From an uncultured Acidobacteriota bacterium (GTDB lineage: Bacteria > Acidobacteriota > Vicinamibacteria > Vicinamibacterales > Fen-181): a stretch of DNA of 64,000 nt. Each line of letters opens with the position of its first letter. The first letter of the stretch is position 1. The stretch is taken from positions 490,905-554,904 of the forward strand of contig CAWAMP010000011.1 of NCBI GenBank assembly GCA_963783255.1, read 5' to 3'. Position numbers and translations under genes: made by a program. The notes under the pieces were generated by a model, which saw only the letters and a list, made by a program, of their open reading frames with translations, had not been told where the DNA came from and ran no database searches. Of the stretch, positions 1-10,183 are shown one piece after another.

Positions 1-3000
1 GGTCGTCCCGGTCGAGGATCCGGTCGTATTCCTGCCGCGCGCACGCCGGGTTGTCGCGGATCGACTGCATCTGCCAGGAGGTTTCGCTCCAGGCCCTGTG
101 GAGATCGAAGCGCGAACGCTCGTAGACCGCGCGGCCGCCCCGCATCACCGCGATCCGTTCGCCGACCTCTGGCCTGGCGACGACGCGGGCGGCGACGCCG
201 TGGCGCGCGAGCATGCTGATCGCCTGTGCCGCGTCGGCCTCGCGCACCTGGAGCACCGCGCCGAGCTCCTCGGCGAAGAGTCCCGCCACGAGCGCGCCGT
301 CCGTCCCGTGAGCATCCGCGGCCGCGACCAGGGCCGCGGCGTCGATGGAGACGCCGGCTCGTCCGGCAAACGCCATCTCCGAGAGCGCGACGAACAGGCC
401 GCCATCCGACCGGTCGTGATAGGCGAGCACGAGGCCGGCCTGCCGCAGGTCGCGGAGCGCCGCGAACAGGCCGCGAAGCGCCGCCGGGTCGTCGAGGTCC
501 GGCGTTTCGCTGCCGACCTGGCCGAAGACCTGCGCCAGTACAGACCCGCCGAGGCGCGCGCGTCCAGGCGCGAGGTCCGCCAGCACCAGCACGGTCGGAC
601 CGTGGTCCAGGCGCAGCTGCGGTGTCAGGGTCCCGCGGACGTCGTCGCACGGCGCAAACGCCGAAACGACCAACGACAGCGGCGACACCACCTCCCGGCG
701 CTCATCGCCTTCGACCCAGGCGGTGCGCATCGACATCGAGTCCTTGCCGACCGGGATGCTGACGCCGAGCGCCGGGCAGAGGTCGAGTGCGACGGCCCGG
801 ACGGTGTCGAACAGCGCGGCGTCTTCGCCGGGGGATCCGGCGGCGGCCATCCAGTTCGCCGACAGTTTCACGAGCGACAGGTCGCGGACGGGCGCCGCCG
901 CCAGGTTCGTCAGCGCCTCGCCGACGGCCATCCGACCGGACGCCTGGGGATTCACGACCGCGAGCGGCGTCCGCTCGCCGATCGAGAACGCCTCGCCCGC
1001 GCACTCGCCGAAGCCGAGAACGGTCGTCGCGCAGTCGGCAACGGGAACCTGCCAGGGGCCGACCATCTGGTCGCGGGCGCAGAGGCCGCCCACCGTGCGG
1101 TCGCCGATCGTGACCAGGAACGTCTTGTCGGCCACGGCCGGGGCCCGCAGGACGCGTTCGACGGCTTCGGCCAGGTCGATGGCGCCCGGATCGAACGCCG
1201 GCAGGTTCGGCGCCAGCCGCACGACATCCCTCGTCATCCGCGGCGGCTTGCCGAGCAGCGCGGGCAGGTCCATGTCCACGGGCTTCGTGCCGAACAGCGG
1301 ATCGCGCACCTCCAGGTGCTGCGCCTCAATCGTTTCGCCGACGACGGCGAAGGGGCAGCGCTCGCGGTCGCAGATGGCGCGGAAGAGGTCGAGCGATTCG
1401 GGCCCGATGGCCAGGACGTAGCGTTCCTGCGCCTCGTTGCACCAGACCTCGCGCGGCGTCATCCCGGGTTCTTCGTTCGGCGCCGCCCGCAGGTCGATGC
1501 GGGCGCCGCGGTGCGAGCCGTGCGCGATCTCGGGAAGCGCGTTCGACAGCCCGCCCGCCCCGACGTCGTGAATCGACAGGATCGGGTTCCCGGGGCCGAG
1601 CGCCGCGCAGCGGTCGATGACCTCCTGGGCGCGCCGCTGGATTTCCGCGTTGCCGCGCTGGACCGAGTCGAAGTCGAGATCCGCGGCATTGGTGCCGGTC
1701 GTCATCGACGAAGCCAATCCGCCGCCCATCCCGATGAGCATCCCGGGGCCGCCGAGCTGGATCAGCAGCGCGCCGGCGGGGACGTCCGCCTTGTGCGAGT
1801 GATCCGCCTGGATGTTGCCCAGGCCGCCGGCGAGCATGATCGGCTTGTGGTAGCCCCGCACGACGCCCGCCGCCGCCAGCTCGAACGTGCGGAAGTAGCC
1901 CGCGAGGTTCGGCCGGCCGAACTCGTTGTTGAACGACGCCGCACCGATCGGCCCTTCGATCATGATGGCGAGCGGAGACGCGATGCGCGACGGTTTGGCC
2001 TCGGGGCCTTCCCACGGCCTTGCGAATCCCGGGATGCGCAGGTTGGAGACGGAGAACCCGCAGAGCCCCGCCTTCGGCCTCGAGCCTCGGCCGGTCGCCC
2101 CCTCGTCGCGGATCTCCCCGCCGGAGCCCGTGGCGGCGCCGGGGAACGGCGAGATGGCCGTCGGGTGGTTGTGCGTCTCCACCTTCATCAAGGTGTGAGT
2201 GAGGCCTTCGCGATAGTCGTAGCGGCGGGTTACCGGGTCGGCCGCGAAGCGCCGGATGGCGCGCCCCTCCATGACCGCCGCGTTGTCGGAATAAGCCGAC
2301 ACCGTACCCTGCGGATTCGCGCGGTGGGTCTCGCGAATCATCCCGAACAGCGATTCGCCGGCCGGGCGGCCGTCGACGATCCACGCCGCGTTGAAGATCT
2401 TGTGCCGGCAGTGCTCGGAGTTCGCCTGGGCGAACATCGTCAGCTCCACGTCGGTCGGGTTGCGCCCGATGCGGAGGAAGTAGGCGACGAGGTACTCGAT
2501 CTCGTCCGGGGCCAGCGCCAGGCCGAACCGGACGTTGGCGTCTTCAATCGCCGCCGGGCCGCCCCCGAGTGCGTCCACCGTCGTCATCGGCCTGGGCGCG
2601 ACGTGACGGAAGAGGTCCTCTGCCGCGTCGAGCGACGGGAGCACCGTCTCGGTCATCCGGTCGTGGAGGAGCGGGAGAACGCGACCGTCGGCCGCGCGCG
2701 AGAGGTGGAAGACCGTTCCCCGCTCCACGCGCCGCACGAAGTCCAGGTTGCAGAGCCGCGCGATATCCGTGGCCTTGGACGACCAGGGCGAGATGGTGCC
2801 GAGCCGCGGCGTCACCAGGACCTCGGCCGACCCGTTGCCGGGAGCCGGAGCCGGCGGGCCGTAGGTCAGCAGCCGATCGAGAACTTCGCGCCCGCGCGCG
2901 TCCGGCCCGCGCGTCACCTCGACGAAATGCCAGAACCGCGCCGAGTGAACGGAGATCCCAGCCTCGGCGGCGCGGACCAGGCCATTCAGCTTGTCGAGCC

Positions 3001-3046
3001 TGAACCCCGAGAGCGCGGCGCCGCCGGGGAGCTTGAGAACGGGCAT
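1..3046 (-). CDS. purL: Phosphoribosylformylglycinamidine (FGAM) synthase, large single-chain type; 3' part runs off the left edge
   Basis: Read manually on the minus strand from ATG at 3046 ([20 protein letters not shown]). Contains the PurL motifs [14 protein letters not shown] and [30 protein letters not shown]. Missing from the ORF track because no stop lies inside the window. Confidence 0.95.
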   Translation of the reverse strand, partial: MPVLKLPGGAALSGFRLDKLNGLVRAAEAGISVHSARFWHFVEVTRGPDARGREVLDRLLTYGPPAPAPGNGSAEVLVTPRLGTISPWSSKATDIARLCNLDFVRRVERGTVFHLSRAADGRVLPLLHDRMTETVLPSLDAAEDLFRHVAPRPMTTVDALGGGPAAIEDANVRFGLALAPDEIEYLVAYFLRIGRNPTDVELTMFAQANSEHCRHKIFNAAWIVDGRPAGESLFGMIRETHRANPQGTVSAYSDNAAVMEGRAIRRFAADPVTRRYDYREGLTHTLMKVETHNHPTAISPFPGAATGSGGEIRDEGATGRGSRPKAGLCGFSVSNLRIPGFARPWEGPEAKPSRIASPLAIMIEGPIGAASFNNEFGRPNLAGYFRTFELAAAGVVRGYHKPIMLAGGLGNIQADHSHKADVPAGALLIQLGGPGMLIGMGGGLASSMTTGTNAADLDFDSVQRGNAEIQRRAQEVIDRCAALGPGNPILSIHDVGAGGLSNALPEIAHGSHRGARIDLRAAPNEEPGMTPREVWCNEAQERYVLAIGPESLDLFRAICDRERCPFAVVGETIEAQHLEVRDPLFGTKPVDMDLPALLGKPPRMTRDVVRLAPNLPAFDPGAIDLAEAVERVLRAPAVADKTFLVTIGDRTVGGLCARDQMVGPWQVPVADCATTVLGFGECAGEAFSIGERTPLAVVNPQASGRMAVGEALTNLAAAPVRDLSLVKLSANWMAAAGSPGEDAALFDTVRAVALDLCPALGVSIPVGKDSMSMRTAWVEGDERREVVSPLSLVVSAFAPCDDVRGTLTPQLRLDHGPTVLVLADLAPGRARLGGSVLAQVFGQVGSETPDLDDPAALRGLFAALRDLRQAGLVLAYHDRSDGGLFVALSEMAFAGRAGVSIDAAALVAAADAHGTDGALVAGLFAEELGAVLQVREADAAQAISMLARHGVAARVVARPEVGERIAVMRGGRAVYERSRFDLHRAWSETSWQMQSIRDNPACARQEYDRILDRDD

Positions 3047-3064
3047 CGTGATCTCCGGGACGTG

Positions 3065-6000
3065 CTACTTCTTGACCGGCGCGCTGCCTTCCTTCTTGAC
3101 CGGAAACGGCGGCGGCGGCGGGAGGGTCCCCGGTCTGGTCTTCAGCAGATCGAGAATGACCGCAACCGCCCTGTCCAGCTGCTGGTCCTCGCCGGCGTAC
3201 TCCTTCGCCGGGTCGTTGTCGACATAGATGTCGGGCTCCACGCCGACGCCCTCGATGACCCACGCCTTGCCGGCCACGTCGTAGCGCGAGAACTCGGGCT
3301 TGTTCAGCACGCCGCCGTCGAGCAACGGCAGGGTGCCGCTGATGCCGACCACTCCGCCCCACGTCCGCTTGCCGATGACCGGCCCGATCTTGTGGGTCTT
3401 GAAGCGCCAGGTGACCAGATCGCCGTCCGACGCCGAGAACTCGTCGGCGAGGAGCACCTTCGGGCCGACGATCATCGCGCCCGGGTTGGTCTGCGGCGTC
3501 CGGTTCCGGGCGATGTCGACGAGCACAAGCTCGCGGCGCAGCCGCTCGATGATCATCGGCGACACGTTCCCGCCGCCGTTGCTCCGCACGTCGACGATCA
3601 GCGCCTCCTTGTTCGTCTGCGGATAGAAGTACTTCGCGAACTCGTTCAGCCCCGGCACGCCCATGTCGGGGACGTGCACGTAGCCCACGCGGCCGCCGGT
3701 CGCCTTGGCGACCTTGGCGATGTTGCCCTGGACCCAGTCGAAGTAGTAGAGGCTGCGCTCGTCGGCCGTCGGGATCACGACGACGTCGCGCGCGCCCTGC
3801 GCCGCAGGGGTGCCGTTCACCTTCAGCGTCACCTGCTTGCCCGCCTTGCCGGCCAGCGCCTCCCAGATGTCGGACAGCTCGGCGGCCGAGCGGCCGTCGA
3901 CGGCGACGATGAAGTCGCCTTCGTTGACCCTCACTCCGATTTCGGTGAGCGGCGATCGGAGCGCCGGATCCCAGTTCTGCCCCTTGAGGATCTTCGTGAC
4001 CTTGAAGAACTTCGACGCGGCGTCGCGCTCGAGGCGCGCCCCGAGGAGGCCCATCGGGATCCGGGTCGGTTGCGGCAGGTCGCCGCCGCCGACATAGGTG
4101 TGGCCGGCGTTCAGCTCGCCAATCAGCTCGCCGATGACGTAGGTCAGGTCGGCGCGGTGGTTGACGTGGTTGACCAGCGGCGCGTACTTCGCGCGCATCG
4201 CCGGCCAGTCGACTCCGTGCATGTTCGGCGCGAAGAAGAAATCGCGCATCTGACGCCACGATTCGTTGTAGATCTGCGCCCACTCGGCCCGGCGGTCGAC
4301 GGTCACCTTCAGGTCGCCGAGGTCGAGGTAGTCGCGCAGCTCGAACCGGGCGGTCGGCGTGTCGATGAGCGCGTACCGGCCGGCCGCGCCCACCAGCATC
4401 TTCTTGCCGTCCGCCGAGATCTCGTAGCCGGCTCCGGCGCCGAGCTGCGTCTCGGTCTGCTTGTCGAAGTCGAAGACGTAGAGCGCCCCGGCTTCGCGCG
4501 AGCTGGCGCGCCCGTAGTAGAGCCGGTTGCCCACCGACCGGAGCGCTCGGTAGTTCGCCGGCGGCGTCGGCAGAACCGCGATGCGGCCGATGATCCCGTC
4601 CAGATCGACCTTCGTCGCGGGCCCCGCGTCCTTCTTCCCCTCGTCCCTCTTCACCTCTTCAGGCCCGGCCTGCGGCGCCGGCTTGGCGCCAGGCGCCGAG
4701 GCCTTTGCCTCGGCCGGCATCGGCGGCTTCGGCTCCTCCTTGATCGTCACTTCGTCGCTGCGCGGCGCGAGCGGGCTCTTCGTGTCCTTCGCCAGCGTGA
4801 CGAAGTAGATCTTCGACATGTCGCTGTAGACGTGCTCGAACTCGGTCTGCCCGTACGTCGGGTTGAACGAGCGTGCCGACACGAAGAACAGCAGCTTGCC
4901 GTCGCTGCTGAACGCGGGAGTGCCCACCGCAAACCAGCCGTCGGTCACCGGCGTTGCCTGCTTCGACTCGACCGAGTACATGAAGAGCCGACCCATGCCC
5001 TCGTCTTCGGGCTTGGAGAAGGCGATCCACTTGCTGTCGGGCGACCAAGCGTAGTCGCCGACGTTGCCGGCTGGCGACTCGACGACGGTGGTGACCGCCT
5101 TGGTGTCCAGGTCGACGAAGTGCAGGCGCTGCCTGCGATCGGACCACGCAATCTTCCGGCTGTCGGGCGACCAGGTCGGGTCGAACTTGTAGTTGTCGCC
5201 GCCGCGCGTCAGCTGCACCGCCGCGCCCTGGCCGTCCTGCGGCTCGATGTAGATCTCGTCCTCGCCGGTGGCGTCCGAGATGTAGGAGATCCACTTGCCG
5301 TCTGGCGACCACTTCGAGGCGCGCTCGTGGACCCCCGGCGTCTTCGTGAGGTTGCGCGTCGGGCCGTACTTGGCGGGCACGGTGAACACGTCCCCGCGCG
5401 CGCCGAAGAGCGCGCGGCTCCCGTCGGGCGCGATCTCGAAATTCGTCACGCTGCGGCTGACATCGACCACCAGCGGGCGGCTGGCGCCGAAGTCCTCGGC
5501 TATCGTCACCGGCACCTTCGCGGCCTTCTCCGACGCGAGGTCGAGGCGGTAGATGTACCCGCCGTTCTCGAAGACGATGGCGTTGTCGCCGAGCGAGGGG
5601 AACTTGATATCGTACTCGGTGAAGTCGGTCAGCTTCTTCGTCTGCTTCGTGGCGAGGTTGTAGCTGTAGAGGTTCATCCGGAACGACGGGTCGCGATCCG
5701 ACACGAAGTAGACGGTGTTCCCCTTCCACATGGGGATGATGTCGAGCGCGGGATTGCCGGTCAGGTTGGTCGTCGCCTTCGTCCTGAAGTCGTACAGCCA
5801 CACATCGTCCGCCATCCCGCCCCGGTAGCGTTTCCACGTGCGGAACTCGCGGAAGACGCGGTTGTAGACGAGCTGCTGACCGTCGGCCGAGAACGACGCG
5901 AAGCCGCCGCGCGGGAAGGGCAGTTCCTCGATCGGCCCGCCTCCGGTGCTGGCGAGGTAGAGCTTGCCGAGGAAGTCGTTCCACTCGGTGCGGCGGGACC

Positions 6001-6415
6001 GGAAGAGGACGTGGGTGTCGTCCTTCCATCCCATCACCAGGTTGTTCGGCCCCATGCGGTCGGACACGTCGTCTCGCGTGAGCGTGGCCGTCCACGTGAG
6101 CCGCCTGGGCACGCCGCCCATCGCCGGCATCAGGTACACCTCGGTGTTGCCGTCGTACTGCCCGGTGAACGCCAGCGACTTCCCGTCGGGCGAGAAGCGG
6201 GCGAACATCTCGTACCCGATGTCGCTCGTCAGGCGGCGCGCGACGCCGCCCGCGGTTGCGACCGTGTAGAGGTCGCCGGCGTAGGTGAAGACAATCTGAC
6301 TGCCGTGGATCGTTGGAAAGCGGAGCAGCCTGGCCTCAGGCGCCTGGGCCACGGGACCGGCCTGGCCGGCCGAGAAGAGGAGGACGAGGGCTGAGGCGAG
6401 GAGGAGTCTCTTCAT
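3065..6415 (-). CDS. Tricorn-like protease (peptidase S41), exported
   Basis: Signal peptide, PD40/WD-like propeller repeats (FSPDGK, WSPDGK), PDZ region, DVRSNGGG, SASDGD and GKRTWGG motifs. Confidence 0.93.
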   Translation of the reverse strand: MKRLLLASALVLLFSAGQAGPVAQAPEARLLRFPTIHGSQIVFTYAGDLYTVATAGGVARRLTSDIGYEMFARFSPDGKSLAFTGQYDGNTEVYLMPAMGGVPRRLTWTATLTRDDVSDRMGPNNLVMGWKDDTHVLFRSRRTEWNDFLGKLYLASTGGGPIEELPFPRGGFASFSADGQQLVYNRVFREFRTWKRYRGGMADDVWLYDFRTKATTNLTGNPALDIIPMWKGNTVYFVSDRDPSFRMNLYSYNLATKQTKKLTDFTEYDIKFPSLGDNAIVFENGGYIYRLDLASEKAAKVPVTIAEDFGASRPLVVDVSRSVTNFEIAPDGSRALFGARGDVFTVPAKYGPTRNLTKTPGVHERASKWSPDGKWISYISDATGEDEIYIEPQDGQGAAVQLTRGGDNYKFDPTWSPDSRKIAWSDRRQRLHFVDLDTKAVTTVVESPAGNVGDYAWSPDSKWIAFSKPEDEGMGRLFMYSVESKQATPVTDGWFAVGTPAFSSDGKLLFFVSARSFNPTYGQTEFEHVYSDMSKIYFVTLAKDTKSPLAPRSDEVTIKEEPKPPMPAEAKASAPGAKPAPQAGPEEVKRDEGKKDAGPATKVDLDGIIGRIAVLPTPPANYRALRSVGNRLYYGRASSREAGALYVFDFDKQTETQLGAGAGYEISADGKKMLVGAAGRYALIDTPTARFELRDYLDLGDLKVTVDRRAEWAQIYNESWRQMRDFFFAPNMHGVDWPAMRAKYAPLVNHVNHRADLTYVIGELIGELNAGHTYVGGGDLPQPTRIPMGLLGARLERDAASKFFKVTKILKGQNWDPALRSPLTEIGVRVNEGDFIVAVDGRSAAELSDIWEALAGKAGKQVTLKVNGTPAAQGARDVVVIPTADERSLYYFDWVQGNIAKVAKATGGRVGYVHVPDMGVPGLNEFAKYFYPQTNKEALIVDVRSNGGGNVSPMIIERLRRELVLVDIARNRTPQTNPGAMIVGPKVLLADEFSASDGDLVTWRFKTHKIGPVIGKRTWGGVVGISGTLPLLDGGVLNKPEFSRYDVAGKAWVIEGVGVEPDIYVDNDPAKEYAGEDQQLDRAVAVILDLLKTRPGTLPPPPPFPVKKEGSAPVKK

Positions 6416-6464
6416 GACTCCCGATTATGCCCTTCCGGGCCCGTTTGAGTCACTCGCCGGCCGC

Positions 6465-6565
6465 TGTGGGGCGGGACGACCGGTGTGGCGCGGGACGACC
6501 GGTGTGGCGCGGGGCGACCGATGTGGCGCGGGGCTGTCGGTGTGGCGCGGGGCTTCAGCCCCGCG
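6465..6565 (+). repeat. Tandem 19-bp units (TGTGGCGCGGGACGACCGG) ending in a REP-like palindrome GCGGGGC-TTCA-GCCCCGC
   Basis: Five units start at 6465, 6484, 6503, 6522 and 6541. The same palindrome recurs at about 8617, 13611, 22471 and 53953. Confidence 0.85.
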
Positions 6566-6612
6566 GGCAGCGGCCTAGGCTATCATTGGGAGTTCGGCCA
6601 CAAGGAGGAGAG

Positions 6613-7389
6613 ATGCCGGAGAGCGATGTGCGCGGGCGATTCCTCTGGTACGACCTGATGACGACGGACCCCAAGGGCGCGCGGGCGTTCTACGGGAACG
6701 TGGCCGGGTGGGGCCTGGAGCCGTTCCCGGCCGCAGGCAGCCCCTACACGATGTTCACGCGCGACGGCGTACCGATAGGCGGGAGCATGCAGCTGCCCGA
6801 CGAGGCGGTGACGATGGGGGCGCCGTCTCACTGGAGGGCGTACATCGGCACGCCGGACGTGGACAAGACGGCGGCGCAGGCCCTGGAAATGGGCGCGCGG
6901 ACGCACGTCGGGCCCAGGGATATCCCGCAGGTCGGCCGGTTCGCGGTTCTCGCGGACGCGCAGGGCGCAACCATCGCGTTCTTCACCCCGTCGAACGAAC
7001 AGCCGCCCAGCCACAAGCCGGAAGTCGGCGACATCTCGTGGCACACGCTCGTCGCGAACGACCCGGACGCGGCGTTCAGCTTCTACAGCGCGCTGGTAGG
7101 CTGGGACAAGACCGGCGAGGAAACGGGGCCGGCGGGTCCCTACCTGATGTTCGGGCGTCAGGGATTCACCCTCGGCGGCATGTCCAGAGGGCTGGCCGAC
7201 AAGCCTGCGCCTGCGCACTGGCTGCTCTACATCCGCGTGGCCGACATCAATGCGGCGGCCGCGGCTGCGACAGCGCACGGCGGCCGGGTGCTGAACGGAC
7301 CGGTCGAGGTGCCTGGCGGCGACTGGGTCGTCCAGTGCATGGACCCGCAGGGCGCCGTGTTCGCGCTGCACCAAAGGAAGGCAGGATAG
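6613..7389 (+). CDS. VOC/glyoxalase family protein (two tandem VOC domains)
   Basis: AGGAGG SD, then MPESDVRGRFLWYDLMTTDPKGARAFY. Second domain ISWHTLVANDPDAAFSFY...DPQGAVFAL. Confidence 0.88.
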   Translation: MPESDVRGRFLWYDLMTTDPKGARAFYGNVAGWGLEPFPAAGSPYTMFTRDGVPIGGSMQLPDEAVTMGAPSHWRAYIGTPDVDKTAAQALEMGARTHVGPRDIPQVGRFAVLADAQGATIAFFTPSNEQPPSHKPEVGDISWHTLVANDPDAAFSFYSALVGWDKTGEETGPAGPYLMFGRQGFTLGGMSRGLADKPAPAHWLLYIRVADINAAAAAATAHGGRVLNGPVEVPGGDWVVQCMDPQGAVFALHQRKAG

Positions 7390-7397
7390 GACTTCCT

Positions 7398-8609
7398 GTG
7401 GAGATCGACCCGCAGCAGATCGTGATAGATGAGGGTGCGCCCGATGAGCCGGCGCGCGAGCGCCAGGTGCTCGGCGTGCCGAAGACCGTGCTCGTCCTGT
7501 CGGCGACGCACGGGGTCAACGACATCTTCACGAACATCTACGCGCCGCTCCTGCCGCTGTTCATCCCGCTGCTCCACCTGTCGCTCACGGCCGCAGGCAC
7601 CATCGCGGCCGCCATCCAGATTGCCGGATCGATCGCCCAGCTCGTCTTCGGTCCGCTTGCCGACCGGTGGCGGCCGAAGGTGCTGGCGGTCGCGGGGCCG
7701 CTCGTTGCGGTTTCGGTGATGAGCCTGGCCGGCCTGGCGACGTCGCCCCTGATGCTGGGCGCCATCCTCGTGGTCGGGTCGCTCGGCAGTGCGGCGTTTC
7801 ACCCGACGGCGGCGGCCATCGTGAACCGTGTCGGCGGCGCTCGGCGCGGCACGTCGATGTCGGTGCACGTCACGGGCGGTTCGATGGGCAACGCGATCGC
7901 GCCGATGCTGTTCGCGCCCTACGCGCAGTTCGCCGGGGTGTCGCGGACGCCGCTTCTGGCCATTCCTGCGCTGGTCCTGCTGGTGTCGATCCTGCGGCGG
8001 ATCCCGGACGTGCGGTTTGCTCACGGACCCGGGCCGTCAGGGTTCGGCGCCCTTCGGCCGTACGCGGCCCCGCTCGCGCTGCTCTGGGGGGCGGTGGTCA
8101 TCCGGACCATCGTGGCCATCGGCTACTCGACGTTTCTGCCGGTGCTGCTGACCAGGCGCGGCATGTCTGTGGCGGAGGCGGGACTGGCGGTGGGGGCCTA
8201 TCTCGTCGCCGGCAGCATCGGCGGCCTGGCGGGCGGCCCGTTCGCTGATCGCTTCGGGCCGAGGCGGGTCATCGCGGCGTCGCTGGCGATCTCCGTGCCG
8301 CTGCTGGTTGCCGCCCTCGTCGTCCACGGGCCGGCCGCGCCGGTGCTGCTGATTGCGGGCGGGTTCTTCCTCGGGTCCACGCTCCCGGTCAACATCACCT
8401 ACGCACACGCGATCGCGCCGGTCGCACCCGGCACCGTGTCGTCCCTGATGCTCGGCGTGGCATGGGGCGTCGGCGGCCTCGCCGTACCGCTGGTGGGTAT
8501 GGCGGGCGACACCGTTGGCCTCCAGCCGGCGCTGCTCACGCTCGCTTGCCTGCCCGCGGTCGCTGCGGCGCTCACCTTGCGCCTCCCGGAACGCGCGTCG
8601 CGCGTGTAG
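7398..8609 (+). CDS. MFS transporter (Fsr-like)
   Basis: About 12 hydrophobic segments with HGVND, FGPLADRW, AAFHP and ADRFG motifs. GTG start inferred; exact start uncertain. Confidence 0.85.
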   Translation: MEIDPQQIVIDEGAPDEPARERQVLGVPKTVLVLSATHGVNDIFTNIYAPLLPLFIPLLHLSLTAAGTIAAAIQIAGSIAQLVFGPLADRWRPKVLAVAGPLVAVSVMSLAGLATSPLMLGAILVVGSLGSAAFHPTAAAIVNRVGGARRGTSMSVHVTGGSMGNAIAPMLFAPYAQFAGVSRTPLLAIPALVLLVSILRRIPDVRFAHGPGPSGFGALRPYAAPLALLWGAVVIRTIVAIGYSTFLPVLLTRRGMSVAEAGLAVGAYLVAGSIGGLAGGPFADRFGPRRVIAASLAISVPLLVAALVVHGPAAPVLLIAGGFFLGSTLPVNITYAHAIAPVAPGTVSSLMLGVAWGVGGLAVPLVGMAGDTVGLQPALLTLACLPAVAAALTLRLPERASRV

Positions 8610-8616
8610 CGCAGAT

Positions 8617-8658
8617 CGCGGGGCTAAAGCCCCGCGCCACACCGGTCGCCCCGCGCCA
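8617..8658 (-). repeat. REP-like palindrome between convergent genes
   Basis: CGCGGGGC-TAAA-GCCCCGCG-CCACACCGGTCGCCCCGCGCCA is the reverse complement of the 6503-6565 unit. Confidence 0.8.
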
Positions 8659-8664
8659 TGCCGA

Positions 8665-10044
8665 TCACGCCTTCCGCAGGCGCGGCCAGTAGAGGCCGTA
8701 GAGGGCGACGAAGCCGAAGCAGACCATCGGCACGATGAAGCCGCGCGACATGTCGTAGTGGTCCGCGACGGCGCCCATCAGCTTCGGCAGGATCGCCCCG
8801 CCCATGATCGCCATCACGATGTACGACGACGCGCGTTTGGCCCTCGCGCCGAGCCCCGAGATCCCCAGCGCGAAGATCGTCGGGAACATGATCGACATGA
8901 AGAAGTAGCTCAGGAATACGCACGCGACCGACACCCACCCGAGCTTCAGGAACACGACGAACGTCGCCACGACGTTCAGCACCCCGTAGAGGCCGAGCAC
9001 CTTGTGGGCGGAGAACCGCTTCAGCAGGCCCGCGCCGGTGAACCGCCCGATCAGGAAGCACACGAACCCGAGCGACGCGAGGTTCGACGCGCCCTTGTCG
9101 CTGATCGCCAGCGCGCCGCCCGTCCCGGCCTGGAACCAGCCGGTCAGCCAGTCGCCGAGCGCCCACCCGCTCGCGGCCAGACCGGCCATCGCGTCGTTCC
9201 ACGCCGCCGGGATGGCCGGGACCTCTGCCGTCATGTAGTTGATGAAGAAGCTGAAGATGCCGGCCTGCGCTGCGACGTAGAAGAACTGCGCGGCCACCGC
9301 GAACACGAAATGCGGGTGCGACCAGATCGAGCGCGCCTCGCCGTTACCTGCGGAGTCGGCCGGGTAGTCGTCTTCGGCCTTGACGTCCGGCACGGGCGCG
9401 AAGACGAAGATGAGCGCGAGCACGACGACGACGACTGCGATCGCCGCGTACGGAATGTACAGCGTCTGGCTGCCCGTGCTGCGCCCTGCGGCGTCGGTCG
9501 AGTAGAAGTACACGCTGCCGACGATCGGCCCCAGGATCCAGCCGATGCCGTTGCACGACTGCGCGAGGTTGATACGCGTGGCCGCGTACTGCGGATCGCC
9601 GAGCACGGTCGTGTACGGGTTCGCGATGGTCTCGAGAAACGTCAGGCCGGTCGCGATGAGGCACACGCCCGCGAGGAACGCGACGAACCCCAGCGTCGGC
9701 GACACGCCGCCCGCCTTCACCATCTGGCTGATCGAGGTGGCGGGCACGAACCACAGCCCGCCGGCCGCCACGATGAGCAGCCCCGCGATGATGCCGCCCT
9801 TGTAGCCCAGCTTGCCGGCCAGCCAGCCGGCCGGGACCGCCATCAGAAAGTAGCCGAGGTAGTGGGCGAACTGCACCCACGCGGACTGGGCTTTGGTCAG
9901 CCCCAGTTCGTCCTGGAAGTGCTTGTCCATCACGTCGATCAGCCCGTTGCAGAACCCCCAGAGCAGGAAGAGGGAACTGACCAGGACGAACGTGAACAGC
10001 ACCCGCTGGCCGTCAGGGGTGACGAAGAGGCTCTTCTTTGTCAT
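8665..10044 (-). CDS. fucP: L-fucose:H+ symporter-like MFS sugar permease (FHS family)
   Basis: SLFLLWGF, LETIANPY, RINLAQSCNG, AQFFYVAAQ and MSIMFPTIF motifs typical of FucP/GluP. Confidence 0.85.
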   Translation of the reverse strand: MTKKSLFVTPDGQRVLFTFVLVSSLFLLWGFCNGLIDVMDKHFQDELGLTKAQSAWVQFAHYLGYFLMAVPAGWLAGKLGYKGGIIAGLLIVAAGGLWFVPATSISQMVKAGGVSPTLGFVAFLAGVCLIATGLTFLETIANPYTTVLGDPQYAATRINLAQSCNGIGWILGPIVGSVYFYSTDAAGRSTGSQTLYIPYAAIAVVVVVLALIFVFAPVPDVKAEDDYPADSAGNGEARSIWSHPHFVFAVAAQFFYVAAQAGIFSFFINYMTAEVPAIPAAWNDAMAGLAASGWALGDWLTGWFQAGTGGALAISDKGASNLASLGFVCFLIGRFTGAGLLKRFSAHKVLGLYGVLNVVATFVVFLKLGWVSVACVFLSYFFMSIMFPTIFALGISGLGARAKRASSYIVMAIMGGAILPKLMGAVADHYDMSRGFIVPMVCFGFVALYGLYWPRLRKA

Positions 10045-10094
10045 GGCGGAGGGCTTGGATCGGGTCGAGCCTCGCGGCGCGCACCATTGTAGCG

Positions 10095-10180
10095 TGTCAG
10101 TTGTCGGTGGTCAGTTGTCAGTGGTCAGTCTGTCGCGCGTGACAGGCTGGCAACTGGTACCTGACCACTGGCCACTGGCG
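10095..10180. repeat. Inverted pair of 7-nt tandem arrays (TGTCAGT... / ...ACTGGCA) around a small hairpin
   Basis: Five [TG]GTC[AG]GT units, then CTGTC-GCGCGT-GACAG, then about five (A)CTG[GA]CA-like units. Same layout at 24358-24440. Confidence 0.75.
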
Positions 10181-10183
10181 CTG

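Noticed and set aside
98-6394. 2098-aa plus-strand ORF
   Set aside because: Antisense shadow of purL and the tricorn protease. Arg/Ala/Gly-rich with no motifs, a typical high-GC artefact. The same applies to most other long overlapping ORFs (for example 57151..59745-, 51747..54338-, 26447..28387+).
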